A DNA stretch of 56,692 bases from a virus (Duplodnaviria; Caudoviricetes), in the IMG/VR virus record IMGVR_UViG_3300020595_000045, positions 1-56,692 of that record; one strand, 5' to 3'. Under the pieces are notes generated by a model, which saw only the letters and a program-made list of their open reading frames with translations, searched no databases and had not been told where the DNA came from. The translations under genes were made by a program, and so were the position numbers. Positions 29,201-38,186 of this stretch are shown here, piece by piece; the first letter of the stretch is position 1; each line of letters opens with the position of its first letter.

Positions 29201-32200
29201 CAATCTTACCGAGCGCAGATGATTTGTTAGTGATGTAACTGGCAAGTACTTCCCGCGCCTTGGCATCAGCACCTTTTAAACCTAATACGGCGATTGGGTC
29301 CTTAAGCTTTAGCCGCCGCGCCGCACGTCGAACAAATGACGCGACTAGGGCGTTGACTTCGCCGAAGGGGAAAGTGACAGATGAAGTCGTTTCTATTTTT
29401 GATTTAGGCTTTCGTGCTGGCCCGGTCGTAGGCGCACTACCTTTAGGGCGATTCTGAGTAGAGTCGACATTTCGCAGGTCTTGGATGTTTATATCCGTTA
29501 ATGGAATACCGTCTGCGGTACGAGCGCTGTTCGTTGGTATATCGCCGGGCTCTGATGGGTCGCTGTCCTGCCTAGCTTCGCGCGCATCTTCTTCTGGCAC
29601 TAGCCGCGTATTACCGTCCTGATCAACAATCTCATCAAGTAAAGAGACCTTCGGGGCGCCAGGGACATAAGGCTTCAACAAAAAGCCCAGCTTTATAGGC
29701 TTGCCGCCAGAATCAAACGCAACGGTCAGGTTCGCAATGCTAGGGGGCAGATCAATCTTAGGGTTAGAAAGATTAGCTAAAATTTCGCTAATCGGTACGC
29801 CTTGTATATCTACTTCGTAGCCCCTCATTTGGAGCTCAGCCAGCATAGCGATCAACCCATCGCGCGCTGATTGTGTTTGGCCAGCACCAGAGAAAGAGCC
29901 AGTATCTGCCTCTACGAGTCTGCGGCCAGCATTCATAAGGTCGATGGGGTTTACTGCTGTGGCTTTTTCATCCCCCGGCCCTTTGATATTAATTGTACGG
30001 AAACGCTGTACGGCTTTTTTTGCCTTCGCTATCGAGCGCCTAATAAACTCACTGCGAGCAACAGATTCTTCGTTACCTTTACCATCACGCATTCTGATTT
30101 TCTGCGTATCAGGCGTAGACTCGATGTCGATCCTATAGGAACCGTCGGCATTAACAGCGACAGTGACTACTTCGTCGTTATTAACTTTTTGTAGGTTAAC
30201 AGCTGTTTCGAGCATGCTCTTAGACATACGAGCATAGAAGGGGGTGCTCCAGTCGATATCTTCCCCGACCATCTCAACATAAGCATCACGAGCTTCCTGT
30301 ACGCCGTCGAAATCATTCTCACCTTCAATTGCTGCATAGGATGATTTTGTTTCGCCACGGCTATTGAATTCATGAGTGCGGACTTCCGGCTCGAATTCTT
30401 GGTCGCCTGTTTGCTCGTTTGTGTTCTGATCCTGTTCAATTGGTGTGCCGTCGTCGTCTTCCATGAATTTCACATCAGGCTCAGCTCGGCGAGCTCGATC
30501 AGCAAGAGCTTCCTCAACATTCATGAACTCGACGCGGCCGCCGTCTGGCTTAGCCGCCTCAGCTGCTTTCATCGCAGGGATCAGTTCAGCGGGTGAGAAG
30601 GTCTGTTCTGAAACAATCCCACCGTCTTTGTCATAGACGCGGACAACTGCGTCGTCGGTCTCTGTCTTGACAGAGCTATATCCAAGGGCTGTCGCGAGTA
30701 CCGCGTCAGACGCTTGATCTTTTATAACGTTAGCTACTACATCGCTGCTTGTAGATATAATCGTCCCGCGGCCAGGTACAAAAGACATAAATGCCGTTTG
30801 GCCGTTGATCGTTACTTTTTTAATTTTGTTTGGGTTAGCTGTGTATGTCGCGTCAGGCTCTGTACCTGAAATCCAAACTGCTTCTTTAGAGCTGCTAGGA
30901 TCGGTCATAGCATTCAGCTGTGCGTTTATATCGCGCTCTGATTCTCTTGTAGTTTGGTTAGGGGCAGCGTCCGCAACATCTGCGCTGGCCTGATTACGCG
31001 CCATAAACTCTTTAATAGTGTCAGACATCTCAGACGCGCGTTCAACAACGCTAGCTGCTCCGCCTATAAGATTGACGCCGCCAAGTTCTTGCAGGCCTTG
31101 GTTAAGCCCTCGACCAGCACCACCGACAGACCCGCCACCGAAGAAGCCGACGAACCCCGCGTTGAGCCTGCGTAAGTTGGCTTCCGCGTCAGTAAATGTG
31201 TCATCCATATCCATGCGGTTACGGATAGCTATTTCTTCTTGGACTAGCTCAGTGCCGCCTTCAATAGCACCACCTTTTACAAAACCAGAGCCCACCGCGG
31301 TTGCAAGCCTACCCATCACTGAGCTAGGCCCAGCAGACTTCTTGCTCGCAGCACTTCCTATTAATTTTAGTAGTCCAACCTCGCCATACAAACCAATTGC
31401 TGCTTGAGGAGCCGCGACCGTCATTGCGCGCAACGCTTGGCCCCGGTCTAGCTCACGGCCTGACTCGAGTGCCTCACTGACGTTGCCGCCTGCGAGTGGT
31501 GCAAACTCCGATACGCCTGCGCCTATTAACCCGCCTTTTTTCATTGTCTCGCGGCGGAGGTATCTGTTGCGTGATACAACGTGCGCTTCTCTAGTAGCTT
31601 CATAAGCAGCTTGAGCAATATCTCTCTGCTCTTTGGAGGCTTTCTTTCTTGTTACTGCGAGCACTGAGTCTTTAATGATATTTTTAGCTGCGGCTCTGCT
31701 ACCGGCTGTGAGGGCTTGTTTACCAAGGACCATGGCAACAGAACCGACGCCCGCTCCTGCTACGGTCGAGACGAGGCTAGGTGCAATCTGGCCAGTGCCA
31801 GATGCGACTTGCTCTAGGAAGTCATAGAAGGAAGATTCTTTCTCTAAGAACTCGCCGAACGTATCCATGCCGGCCATGGGAATGCCAGCGAATTCGTCAC
31901 GGATACGCGCGTTCTCGATTGAATCAGCGAGCTCAACGTCGTCACCCTGAATAGCGTCAACCGCTGCACCAAAGTATTCGAGGTCCGCGCCTAGCGATTC
32001 GGCGCCACTTCTAACGCCCTTTACAAAAGCGTCAGTAAGGTTCTTGGGTGCGAGCGGACCGACTTCAGAGAGTTCGGTTTGCGTATTTATCGCCGATGTT
32101 GCACCTGACAGCTCGGCTTTAACCAAGGCTTGTATTGGGTCACGAGCTGGACCGCCTTGGGTCAAGTTAGCAATCGGGTCACTGCCTAAAATATTAGCCA

Positions 32201-32201
32201 C
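26241..32201 (-). CDS. Giant internal virion / ejection protein (polyvalent-protein-like, HExxH zincin motif)
   Basis: 1986 aa; Gly/Ala-rich N-terminus; AHEMGH...FEEWYAD; RFALIWQLKSF C-terminal region. Confidence 0.75.
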   Translation of the reverse strand: MANILGSDPIANLTQGGPARDPIQALVKAELSGATSAINTQTELSEVGPLAPKNLTDAFVKGVRSGAESLGADLEYFGAAVDAIQGDDVELADSIENARIRDEFAGIPMAGMDTFGEFLEKESSFYDFLEQVASGTGQIAPSLVSTVAGAGVGSVAMVLGKQALTAGSRAAAKNIIKDSVLAVTRKKASKEQRDIAQAAYEATREAHVVSRNRYLRRETMKKGGLIGAGVSEFAPLAGGNVSEALESGRELDRGQALRAMTVAAPQAAIGLYGEVGLLKLIGSAASKKSAGPSSVMGRLATAVGSGFVKGGAIEGGTELVQEEIAIRNRMDMDDTFTDAEANLRRLNAGFVGFFGGGSVGGAGRGLNQGLQELGGVNLIGGAASVVERASEMSDTIKEFMARNQASADVADAAPNQTTRESERDINAQLNAMTDPSSSKEAVWISGTEPDATYTANPNKIKKVTINGQTAFMSFVPGRGTIISTSSDVVANVIKDQASDAVLATALGYSSVKTETDDAVVRVYDKDGGIVSEQTFSPAELIPAMKAAEAAKPDGGRVEFMNVEEALADRARRAEPDVKFMEDDDGTPIEQDQNTNEQTGDQEFEPEVRTHEFNSRGETKSSYAAIEGENDFDGVQEARDAYVEMVGEDIDWSTPFYARMSKSMLETAVNLQKVNNDEVVTVAVNADGSYRIDIESTPDTQKIRMRDGKGNEESVARSEFIRRSIAKAKKAVQRFRTINIKGPGDEKATAVNPIDLMNAGRRLVEADTGSFSGAGQTQSARDGLIAMLAELQMRGYEVDIQGVPISEILANLSNPKIDLPPSIANLTVAFDSGGKPIKLGFLLKPYVPGAPKVSLLDEIVDQDGNTRLVPEEDAREARQDSDPSEPGDIPTNSARTADGIPLTDINIQDLRNVDSTQNRPKGSAPTTGPARKPKSKIETTSSVTFPFGEVNALVASFVRRAARRLKLKDPIAVLGLKGADAKAREVLASYITNKSSALGKIAMRKLMGTKDSRGINLGDPRAVGEFLIQLQKDGLLNETIGGHVARVGNATIIGDSIVRRALYEAFLPMTNSVSATKKLVFIFQDSLNKGQSRKGFSVKIGQATVLMVNDLHNTNEAALAMVVAHEMGHSLFREEIDGIRANPALYQRMLDAFTRDRQKARDEGSPVQQWEQVGFEEWYADQVAAWVKKDALSDKKGAGNALDSHFKRVVQRFKNLWKEVSSHQIFRRTDKLAPEFKKYMDDVSKARRSNRETITVDLKDADGNVVGSTSAMGALGETDSTPDTPDTPDTPDDGGNGNNDNSRPIPNEPSWEQKAIVEAIRKQIERQSGAEARAAAWRKKLEQWKKQFSENNPSAMKILGILRTADGLLRQVAGNELADLFYIRSNSKSGMGFVQARQLARDEWRAGLYKVLGTDWTTDEVQAAFKEAQGRTPTAELESPKAKAIREYLEKMHKEYVTPSNTNIGFRENYFPTLLSLPEIANDPDAFVDLIMQYEPDAKRADVLKTVQRLVKYQQVIDSDQDVPSDRDAFDPAAAVEAKIELTKNIPPDVLLELGFVQQPEIALMSYIDNITKRVEWNRVTRDASGKDLLGPLLDDLTKNNRATAEATINAYLGNVTHLSPAFRKANSYLGTLNLVTLLPFAVFASIPDFAGSIVQTKEFNGFGMAIKEMISQIQDREAAKRLANDIGVVMPEAAANAWMSQADSDMLDPTARQVTDKFFQYTGLSYLTTLSREFSSGMAKRFLIEHANNPSKRSDRYLEQLGVTYDQVRRWQESGFSFEGADGEAVKGALARFVESSVLRPNAAERPVWASDPRFALIWQLKSFIYAFNKVILQGIGREVGQRILNGEGIMPAMAPLLIITMAAFMPLAALGLELREYAKVGLSYALPGIDGSLKYLRSDHMDYGTYFQELFGRSGLDGPLGLLTMAQRSERWGGSGIATLLGPTAELADKALGIGPIDALGKRMDSPQDQAGVILAAGAIARTLL
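28330..28365. repeat. 4 x 9-bp tandem repeat TCAGGTGTR (encodes TPD repeats)
   Basis: tcaggtgtg tcaggtgta tcaggtgta tcaggtgtg. Confidence 0.9.
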
Positions 32202-32215
32202 TATGTCGCCCTTTA

Positions 32216-34336
32216 TTATTTGCTAGCTTTTGAGTTTGCTTCCGCGGCTGTCTTAATAATTCTGGCCAACAGGGGTGCATTTCTTTGGATGTCAGCCAAG
32301 CTCACGCTTTGACTAACGACGCCATCAGGCCCCACATAGTTGATCGTCTGAGTTCGGCCATTCCTAACACTGCCCACTCGTAGTTCTCGCAGATCAAAAG
32401 AAGTGGTGCCTGTAGCATCCGGCCGGAAGAAATCCATGAAGTTTTCTGTACTAAAGAAATCGTTGCCATCATCGTTAGCGAGCGCTTGTACATATAAACC
32501 GACGGAGGGTTTCATACCCGCCAGGTAGGCATTTAAAGACTTCGGGCCTAAATTATTCAAGGCCGCGATGCCCATAAACTTAGAAATCTCGCGTCCCATC
32601 GCCTTAGCGTCGTCGCCATCAGCATCGAACTCACCGTCTGGAGTAAACTCACCGTCTTCCATCAGGCCTGACATAGTCGCTATTTTGTCAAACAACTCTG
32701 TGGACGCTGTGACAGCTGCCGGGGTAGCCCCGTCGTCGTATTTCTCCATGTCAAAAACGAGTTGCTGACGCTCAGTTTCGGCTGAGTATTGCGCCGTACG
32801 TGCTGCGCTAGCATTGTAGTCCAGCGTCGCTTGGTCTGTTTTACTCACGTCGGTTTCGCCGCGCGCGATCAAATTCATAAGGCCTTGAGCAACAGCATCT
32901 TTCTCCTTGTCACTCCCGTCGTGTGACATAGCTGCTACGAAAGCTATCATCTTTGCGTCGCTATCTTTGATCTTGTCGTCCAAAATAGCTTTCTCGAGAT
33001 CCGCCATCGTAGTGACACCTTTTTCCTTAAGAAAGCTGACCATTTCGGTCTTTTGTTCGTCAGTCGGCTTCTGCGTGCCATCAATAATCGCGGCGCGCAA
33101 CGTCTCTGCACTAACTTCGAACGGGGGTCTGCTAGAGAAGGAGCTGTCAATGTCTTCTGCAGTCCTCGGTGTCCCTTGCTCTCTGATCGCTCGGAACTTG
33201 TCGCCTACATTGTTAGTTACCTGATCAGGTGCTGGTTTGTCAGTAACCTCTGACAAGCCTAAGAATCTACCTGCGCGACTCTCAGCGAAATCGTTACCAA
33301 GGTTAACAACTGAATCCCAAGGTTGTAGGACCATGTCTTTAGTTTGGGCCCAAGGCAGGGAAAGAACATCCATAACCTTTTCAGAGCCTTGAGCTTGGTT
33401 TAGGCGCTCAACAATGAGCTTTTTTTGGTCGTCATCAGACGAGTCCCAAATTTTTCTGGTCACGCCGTTTTCGTAAAGTAGTGCCTCTAAGCTGCCTTCA
33501 GGCGCAGTTGCCGCGAGTTCTTCATCGGAGCGCTGCTCTGCAGCTTGCGACAAGGAGGTAATATCGATGCCCTGTTTTTCGGCGATTTTCATTAGTTCTT
33601 GAGGGTCGTTAATGCTATTGATTAACCCTGCAAACTCAGTCTTAGCTTCGGGAGTGATAGTTCCGTCTTGCCCGACAGTAGCTAAAATAGCTTCGCGCGA
33701 CATTACAGTAAGGTCGTTGTTACGAAGGATTTCCTCTTTTTCCGCATTTAGGGCTGCTTGGCGGCCCCTGATACTACTGAGTTCGTTCTTCTTGCCGCCG
33801 TCGATAATAGCCTGCTGCCATCGACTCTCGATCTGCTGCTTAAAGTCGTCTTCTGATAAACGGACGATTGGGTCTTCAGCTCTTGCACTGCGCCCCTCAG
33901 TCATCGGTACGATTTCTTCGTTGTCGTTACGCTTAACCATTGGCACATAGTAAGTTTCGCCGGTTGCTGGGTCCGTTTCTTTCTCGAAACTAACAACCTC
34001 AGCTGTTACGTTCTGGCCATTTTCATCAGTAAAATCCCTAAAGCCTGGAACGTTATTCGCCAGCTTCGCTACTAACTCGGGGCGTTCTGCATTGATTCTC
34101 TCCCAAGGCTTATTAGTAGCAGACTCCATCCCCTCATTACCTAGAAGCTCGTCAATTGCGCCTACGACGTTTTTTGCTTCATCTTGTATTTGGGTCTTTT
34201 GAAACGCGTAATTATTAATATCTTGCTGCTCGCGGGCTATCTTTAGGCTGGCGTCATGTCGCTCATTAGCTCGGCGGTTCGCGCTGAACTTCTGGTACAT
34301 GTCTAGGCCTTGTAAAACACCTTCTCCAAAACTCAT
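32216..34336 (-). CDS. Internal virion / ejection protein
   Basis: MSFGEGVLQG N-terminus; helical; lies between the small and giant internal proteins. Confidence 0.65.
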   Translation of the reverse strand: MSFGEGVLQGLDMYQKFSANRRANERHDASLKIAREQQDINNYAFQKTQIQDEAKNVVGAIDELLGNEGMESATNKPWERINAERPELVAKLANNVPGFRDFTDENGQNVTAEVVSFEKETDPATGETYYVPMVKRNDNEEIVPMTEGRSARAEDPIVRLSEDDFKQQIESRWQQAIIDGGKKNELSSIRGRQAALNAEKEEILRNNDLTVMSREAILATVGQDGTITPEAKTEFAGLINSINDPQELMKIAEKQGIDITSLSQAAEQRSDEELAATAPEGSLEALLYENGVTRKIWDSSDDDQKKLIVERLNQAQGSEKVMDVLSLPWAQTKDMVLQPWDSVVNLGNDFAESRAGRFLGLSEVTDKPAPDQVTNNVGDKFRAIREQGTPRTAEDIDSSFSSRPPFEVSAETLRAAIIDGTQKPTDEQKTEMVSFLKEKGVTTMADLEKAILDDKIKDSDAKMIAFVAAMSHDGSDKEKDAVAQGLMNLIARGETDVSKTDQATLDYNASAARTAQYSAETERQQLVFDMEKYDDGATPAAVTASTELFDKIATMSGLMEDGEFTPDGEFDADGDDAKAMGREISKFMGIAALNNLGPKSLNAYLAGMKPSVGLYVQALANDDGNDFFSTENFMDFFRPDATGTTSFDLRELRVGSVRNGRTQTINYVGPDGVVSQSVSLADIQRNAPLLARIIKTAAEANSKASK

Positions 34337-34347
34337 ATCAAATTACC

Positions 34348-34977
34348 TTAGAATGCAAATGCGAAGATAGCCGCTGCGCCAAGGCTACCGATAGTGCTGT
34401 ATGTTTGTGCTTTTGATGCGGCCTTAGCCTGGGTGTAAGCATTCTTACGCTGCGTTGCGTTCGCTGCGGCAGAGCCCATCTGGTTAAGGGACGATCGGTT
34501 AACACCTTGGCCGATGTTGATCAGGTCACCAAGCGCCGCTTGGTTAGATTCTTTTTGGGCAATACGCGCATCGTTTACTGACTGCGCAGCTCCAAGAGTG
34601 TTCGCACGCTTTAGTCCACGGGCCTGCTCTTGCCGTTGCATGGGGGTCAGCGTCGCTCCGTAACGGTCTGCGTTACGGCTAGCGACTCCAGCCATCAAAC
34701 CCGATGCTTCGTCAGCGTTCGTTCTAGCGGAATCAATTAGCGAGGTGTCATTTTGAGCACGATCTAAAAGCTGTTCTTCGAATTCGCTAAAATTCCTCTT
34801 GTAGTCAAGATACTCATCTCGAGTAATTTGAGCGTACGCTTTGTCTGGGTCGCCTACATAAGGCAGCCCGCCGGTGGTAGAACTTTTAGTTGTGTAGTTT
34901 CCGTGCCTTCCTTCGTTATTGCGACCTTGCTCCAACATTTGGCGGCCCACAATGTTAAACATAGATAAATTTGACAT
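34348..34977 (-). CDS. Internal virion / DNA-pilot protein
   Basis: Ala/Gln-rich with a hydrophobic C-terminus (GSLGAAAIFAFAF). Confidence 0.6.
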   Translation of the reverse strand: MSNLSMFNIVGRQMLEQGRNNEGRHGNYTTKSSTTGGLPYVGDPDKAYAQITRDEYLDYKRNFSEFEEQLLDRAQNDTSLIDSARTNADEASGLMAGVASRNADRYGATLTPMQRQEQARGLKRANTLGAAQSVNDARIAQKESNQAALGDLINIGQGVNRSSLNQMGSAAANATQRKNAYTQAKAASKAQTYSTIGSLGAAAIFAFAF

Positions 34978-34995
34978 AATGTTCTCCCTTTATGT

Positions 34996-35649
34996 TCAAA
35001 ACATGGCGGCGAGATTCGCCATCATGCCTGGGTTGTTTGCGTTCTTGAAAAAAGAGCCTTGTGTCGTTGCCTGCGTCGCATTCGCGCCTGTCCCTTGCAT
35101 TATGGGCTTACCGTTTGAGTTCGTTGCCGGCGCTGATGACTTCATGTTTTCCCCACCCTGCATAACTACAGCAGTAGCCAGCTGTCCGAGGGCAGCGTTC
35201 CTTGCGGATTTAACATCCTGCTTAGCTTTTGCTTGGGTGAGTACTTTAGATGCGCCTAGGTTAGCTGCTTGAGCCATACCAGTCTGTGCATCAGCGGCCT
35301 GACCGCGCGCTGTACCCAACACGCCTAACTGCTTGTTGTTCTTAAGTTGAAGGCCTGCCTTATCTGCTTGGCCGAGCTGCGCTTGATACGCTTTTGCCAT
35401 ATCGCCACCAGCGTCACCGCTAGCGGCAGCTTGATAGTTAGCTTTACCAGCTAATGTCTGCATAGTGTCAGCGTTGGCGCGGCCACGCAGAACATCCGCT
35501 GAATCATCAGTTTTTGACGTGTCGCGCATCTTCTGGAGCAGAGGGTCGTACTTCTTTTTGAAGTACTTGTGCTCCGCCATTGCAACTGCTGCTGAGGCTT
35601 TCTCAGAATCAGAGGGCTTGTAGTCTTGCTGGTCTGGTTTGCTACCCAT
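34996..35649 (-). CDS. Internal virion / DNA-pilot protein
   Basis: MGSKP start, Ala/Gln-rich. Confidence 0.6.
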   Translation of the reverse strand: MGSKPDQQDYKPSDSEKASAAVAMAEHKYFKKKYDPLLQKMRDTSKTDDSADVLRGRANADTMQTLAGKANYQAAASGDAGGDMAKAYQAQLGQADKAGLQLKNNKQLGVLGTARGQAADAQTGMAQAANLGASKVLTQAKAKQDVKSARNAALGQLATAVVMQGGENMKSSAPATNSNGKPIMQGTGANATQATTQGSFFKNANNPGMMANLAAMF

Positions 35650-36100
35650 ATAACTCTCTCGTGTAAACTATTGTGTTTAATCGCCAACCTTCACTGGTTA
35701 GGTGAGGTTCGAGCCTTTTAATCGGGCTTCTCGTTTCTAAGCCCGCATAACCATTATCTCTAGCAACTTCAATAAAAAAATCTAGGTACTTAGATAGACT
35801 GTTATCACCGCGTTTCTTCGACCAAGCCAGCCAGATCAAAAAAATCCTCTTACCCGTGTAGGGGTCTGTCATCCCCATACTGACTACAAACCCTTCGGGG
35901 GCGACCCACAGATGTGCGGACCCTTCGGTGCACGCCTCATATACATGTTCTGCTGTGAAAGTTAATTCTGGTTGCTCTCCAAGAATTTCATCTACACCTT
36001 CTTTTACCCACTCCCACTCTTCGCGGATATCAGCGAAATAAGGCCTAACGGCCGTATCGTTTTCGTCTTGTTTTGTAGGCACCTGATCTGAGGCCACCAT
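35642..36100 (-). CDS. Putative GNAT-fold acetyltransferase-like protein
   Basis: LWV..GFVV...FLIWLAW...ARDNG...L...GW; position before the ejection genes. Confidence 0.45.
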   Translation of the reverse strand: MVASDQVPTKQDENDTAVRPYFADIREEWEWVKEGVDEILGEQPELTFTAEHVYEACTEGSAHLWVAPEGFVVSMGMTDPYTGKRIFLIWLAWSKKRGDNSLSKYLDFFIEVARDNGYAGLETRSPIKRLEPHLTSEGWRLNTIVYTRELYG

Positions 36101-36722
36101 ATTTCACACTCCTATGTACTGCAGTGTCTGCATTACGCGCTCGGCGCTCTGCTGCCATGACACCCTGATTAAATAAGTTACCGTATACTTGCGCGCCCGT
36201 AAGATCGGACCAGTCTTTATTTGGAATTCTCAAAAGTCTGAACAGCGCGCCGTTGACTATCGTGTCTCGATAGTCGTTCATAACGTCGTTGTCACATGCA
36301 ACACTAGTATGCGTTGGCTTCAGCGCAGCTCTGACGATCGTGCTGTTCCCGTCAAAAACGGTAGGGATAGGGGCGAGCAAGAATGTGCTGGGGCTCTGTT
36401 TAACGAAGTATTCAGGTACCCCGTTTTCCTTTCTCCAATTCGGCAGGCGCTGCTCTAGCAGAGTAGTCGTAATCGGTTCTAAATCTTTACCGTCATGTGT
36501 GACCCAAAGAACCTTATGAACAGTTGCCCCAGTAGGAGTATCCAAGTCATATTCGTAGACGTCAGAACTCGTAGAAATAGGGTCTAGTTCTAATTGGTAG
36601 ACTTCAGAATACTCACACAGCTCGATAACGGCTGACCGAATGCTATTGATAATTAGCGAGTCGGAGCAGCCGGATACCATAGGCAAGATCTGAGGCAAAA
36701 GCGTTTCATAAGGAATCGCCAT
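36045..36722 (-). CDS. Head-tail adaptor-like protein
   Basis: I...IR.A.IELCE; G.P.YF...LL.P.P; IVNGAL.RL. Confidence 0.6.
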   Translation of the reverse strand: MAIPYETLLPQILPMVSGCSDSLIINSIRSAVIELCEYSEVYQLELDPISTSSDVYEYDLDTPTGATVHKVLWVTHDGKDLEPITTTLLEQRLPNWRKENGVPEYFVKQSPSTFLLAPIPTVFDGNSTIVRAALKPTHTSVACDNDVMNDYRDTIVNGALFRLLRIPNKDWSDLTGAQVYGNLFNQGVMAAERRARNADTAVHRSVKYGGLRSGAYKTRRKRYGR

Positions 36723-36725
36723 AGG

Positions 36726-37418
36726 TTAAACCGCCGCGGGGGTTCTTCGTTCTACATTAGGGTTGGTTAGCGCATCTACTTGGCCTTTGCCAGTAACTGA
36801 CGCTGTGAACAGCTGATAGTGGTTTGCTGCACGTTGCGCATTACCTGCATACTCCGCATCCTTCATGTAAGCCATGTACAAAACATAGTTCATTACGGCG
36901 TTAGCAAAGATGTCGGGTACAGACAGGTTGTCTGATGCTGTGACAGTAGGCGGGTTAGCTGAATAAATCACCTCAAGATAAGCGTTACCAGTAACTCCAG
37001 GGTATACATAGAAGTTACGTGGGTTGGCCTCATCGTAGATGTAATGTTTCACGACAGCTGCGTGCGCGGCATCCCCAGCTGCAGCAGAGGGATCGTGCCA
37101 GTCAGGGGTCTGCGCATCGAGTACTTCCCGATCGACGAGCCTTACTGACCGTTTGCCTGTAGCATTCGAAGCAGCGCTAGACATGTTGCGTACTACTTTA
37201 AGCAAGCGGTTACCTGAAGTAGGTATCGATTGTTTTGTACCATCTACAAGTTGGATAGTGCTGTTTGTCGCACTTGCATCCGGCTTCAGAAGTGCAACTT
37301 CACGTTGTGCGTCATTCACCCACAACACGAGTTCAGTGTTCTGGGGCCAACGGACGCCTGTGGTGTCTTGAAGTACTGTTTGTACTCTACTAATTACACT
37401 AGCTACTGTGACTGACAT
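36726..37418 (-). CDS. Tail adaptor (DUF6682-like)
   Basis: V...LQD..GVRW...EL..WVNDAQRE; FYVYP; YVLY.AY.KDAE. Confidence 0.7.
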   Translation of the reverse strand: MSVTVASVISRVQTVLQDTTGVRWPQNTELVLWVNDAQREVALLKPDASATNSTIQLVDGTKQSIPTSGNRLLKVVRNMSSAASNATGKRSVRLVDREVLDAQTPDWHDPSAAAGDAAHAAVVKHYIYDEANPRNFYVYPGVTGNAYLEVIYSANPPTVTASDNLSVPDIFANAVMNYVLYMAYMKDAEYAGNAQRAANHYQLFTASVTGKGQVDALTNPNVERRTPAAV

Positions 37419-37430
37419 GGATATTACCTA

Positions 37431-37799
37431 CTAAGAGTTGAGTATTGATTCCCAAGCAGCTTCCCGTTCATCGGATGGGACTGTTCTACCCAGAGCCTTG
37501 TTAACTGCGGTAGCTTTGGGGAAACCATCTGCTTTGAAATTCTTGGGGTCGCCTTCATCCATCATTTTTTCAAGTGCTGTTACGAGTTCTGATGTGGCAG
37601 GCGTTTCTACTACTTCTTCAAAAACAGCGTCTATCGCTGCTTCTTCTTCAACAAATTTTTCATCGTACTTTTGCGCGCCCATCTGGATAGCGAGCAGTCC
37701 GATTTCTTCTGAAATTTCACGGGGTACGCCGGCATCAAATAGAACCGCGGTTCCTCCTAAAGTGGTCACTCGTAGTGACTCTCTACTAACAATCTTCAT
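37431..37799 (-). CDS. Hypothetical virion-module protein
   Basis: 122 aa; F.ADG.PK...V...LG...V...ER..AW. Confidence 0.6.
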   Translation of the reverse strand: MKIVSRESLRVTTLGGTAVLFDAGVPREISEEIGLLAIQMGAQKYDEKFVEEEAAIDAVFEEVVETPATSELVTALEKMMDEGDPKNFKADGFPKATAVNKALGRTVPSDEREAAWESILNS

Positions 37800-37801
37800 G
37801 A

Positions 37802-38134
37802 TTATTTCCTATATCGTTTTTTTATGTTTGCGCGCGCTGTGTTGTTTCTGCCAGACGGCGCCTGTTTCTTAACCGCAACTGGTTTTTTCTTAGGTGTCGC
37901 GATGGCGAAAGCTTTAGGTTTAGCTTTAGGTTTAGCTTTAGTTGCTACACGCTTTACAGGAGTACCTGTAATAACGGTTTTTTCTGTCTTTCTTGAGCCG
38001 GGCTTACCGACGATGCGTTGGCCTAAACGAGTTGACTTTTCAAAACGTACGCTGCCTTCAGCAACAGGTTTTTTTGCGGCGGCCCTTTTCTTAGCGTCGG
38101 CGCGAGCTTTCTTGATTCGTTTCATTGCAGGCAT
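37802..38134 (-). CDS. Lys/Ala/Arg-rich basic protein (histone-H1-tail-like)
   Basis: KAKPKAKPKA repeats; almost no acidic residues. Confidence 0.65.
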   Translation of the reverse strand: MPAMKRIKKARADAKKRAAAKKPVAEGSVRFEKSTRLGQRIVGKPGSRKTEKTVITGTPVKRVATKAKPKAKPKAFAIATPKKKPVAVKKQAPSGRNNTARANIKKRYRK

Positions 38135-38151
38135 AACAGACCCTTTAAAGT

Positions 38152-38175
38152 AAAAGCCCCCTCCTAAGAGGGGGC
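38152..38175 (-). terminator. Intrinsic terminator after the major capsid gene
   Basis: Minus strand GCCCCCTC-ttag-GAGGGGGC-TTTT. Confidence 0.8.
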
Positions 38176-38186
38176 GATTGTCTTAC

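Noticed and set aside
32605-32640. EFDADGDD as a two-barrel RNA polymerase DxDGD motif in the 706-aa virion protein
   Set aside because: Lies in an acidic low-complexity patch near the C-terminus of a helical protein, with no other RNAP motifs
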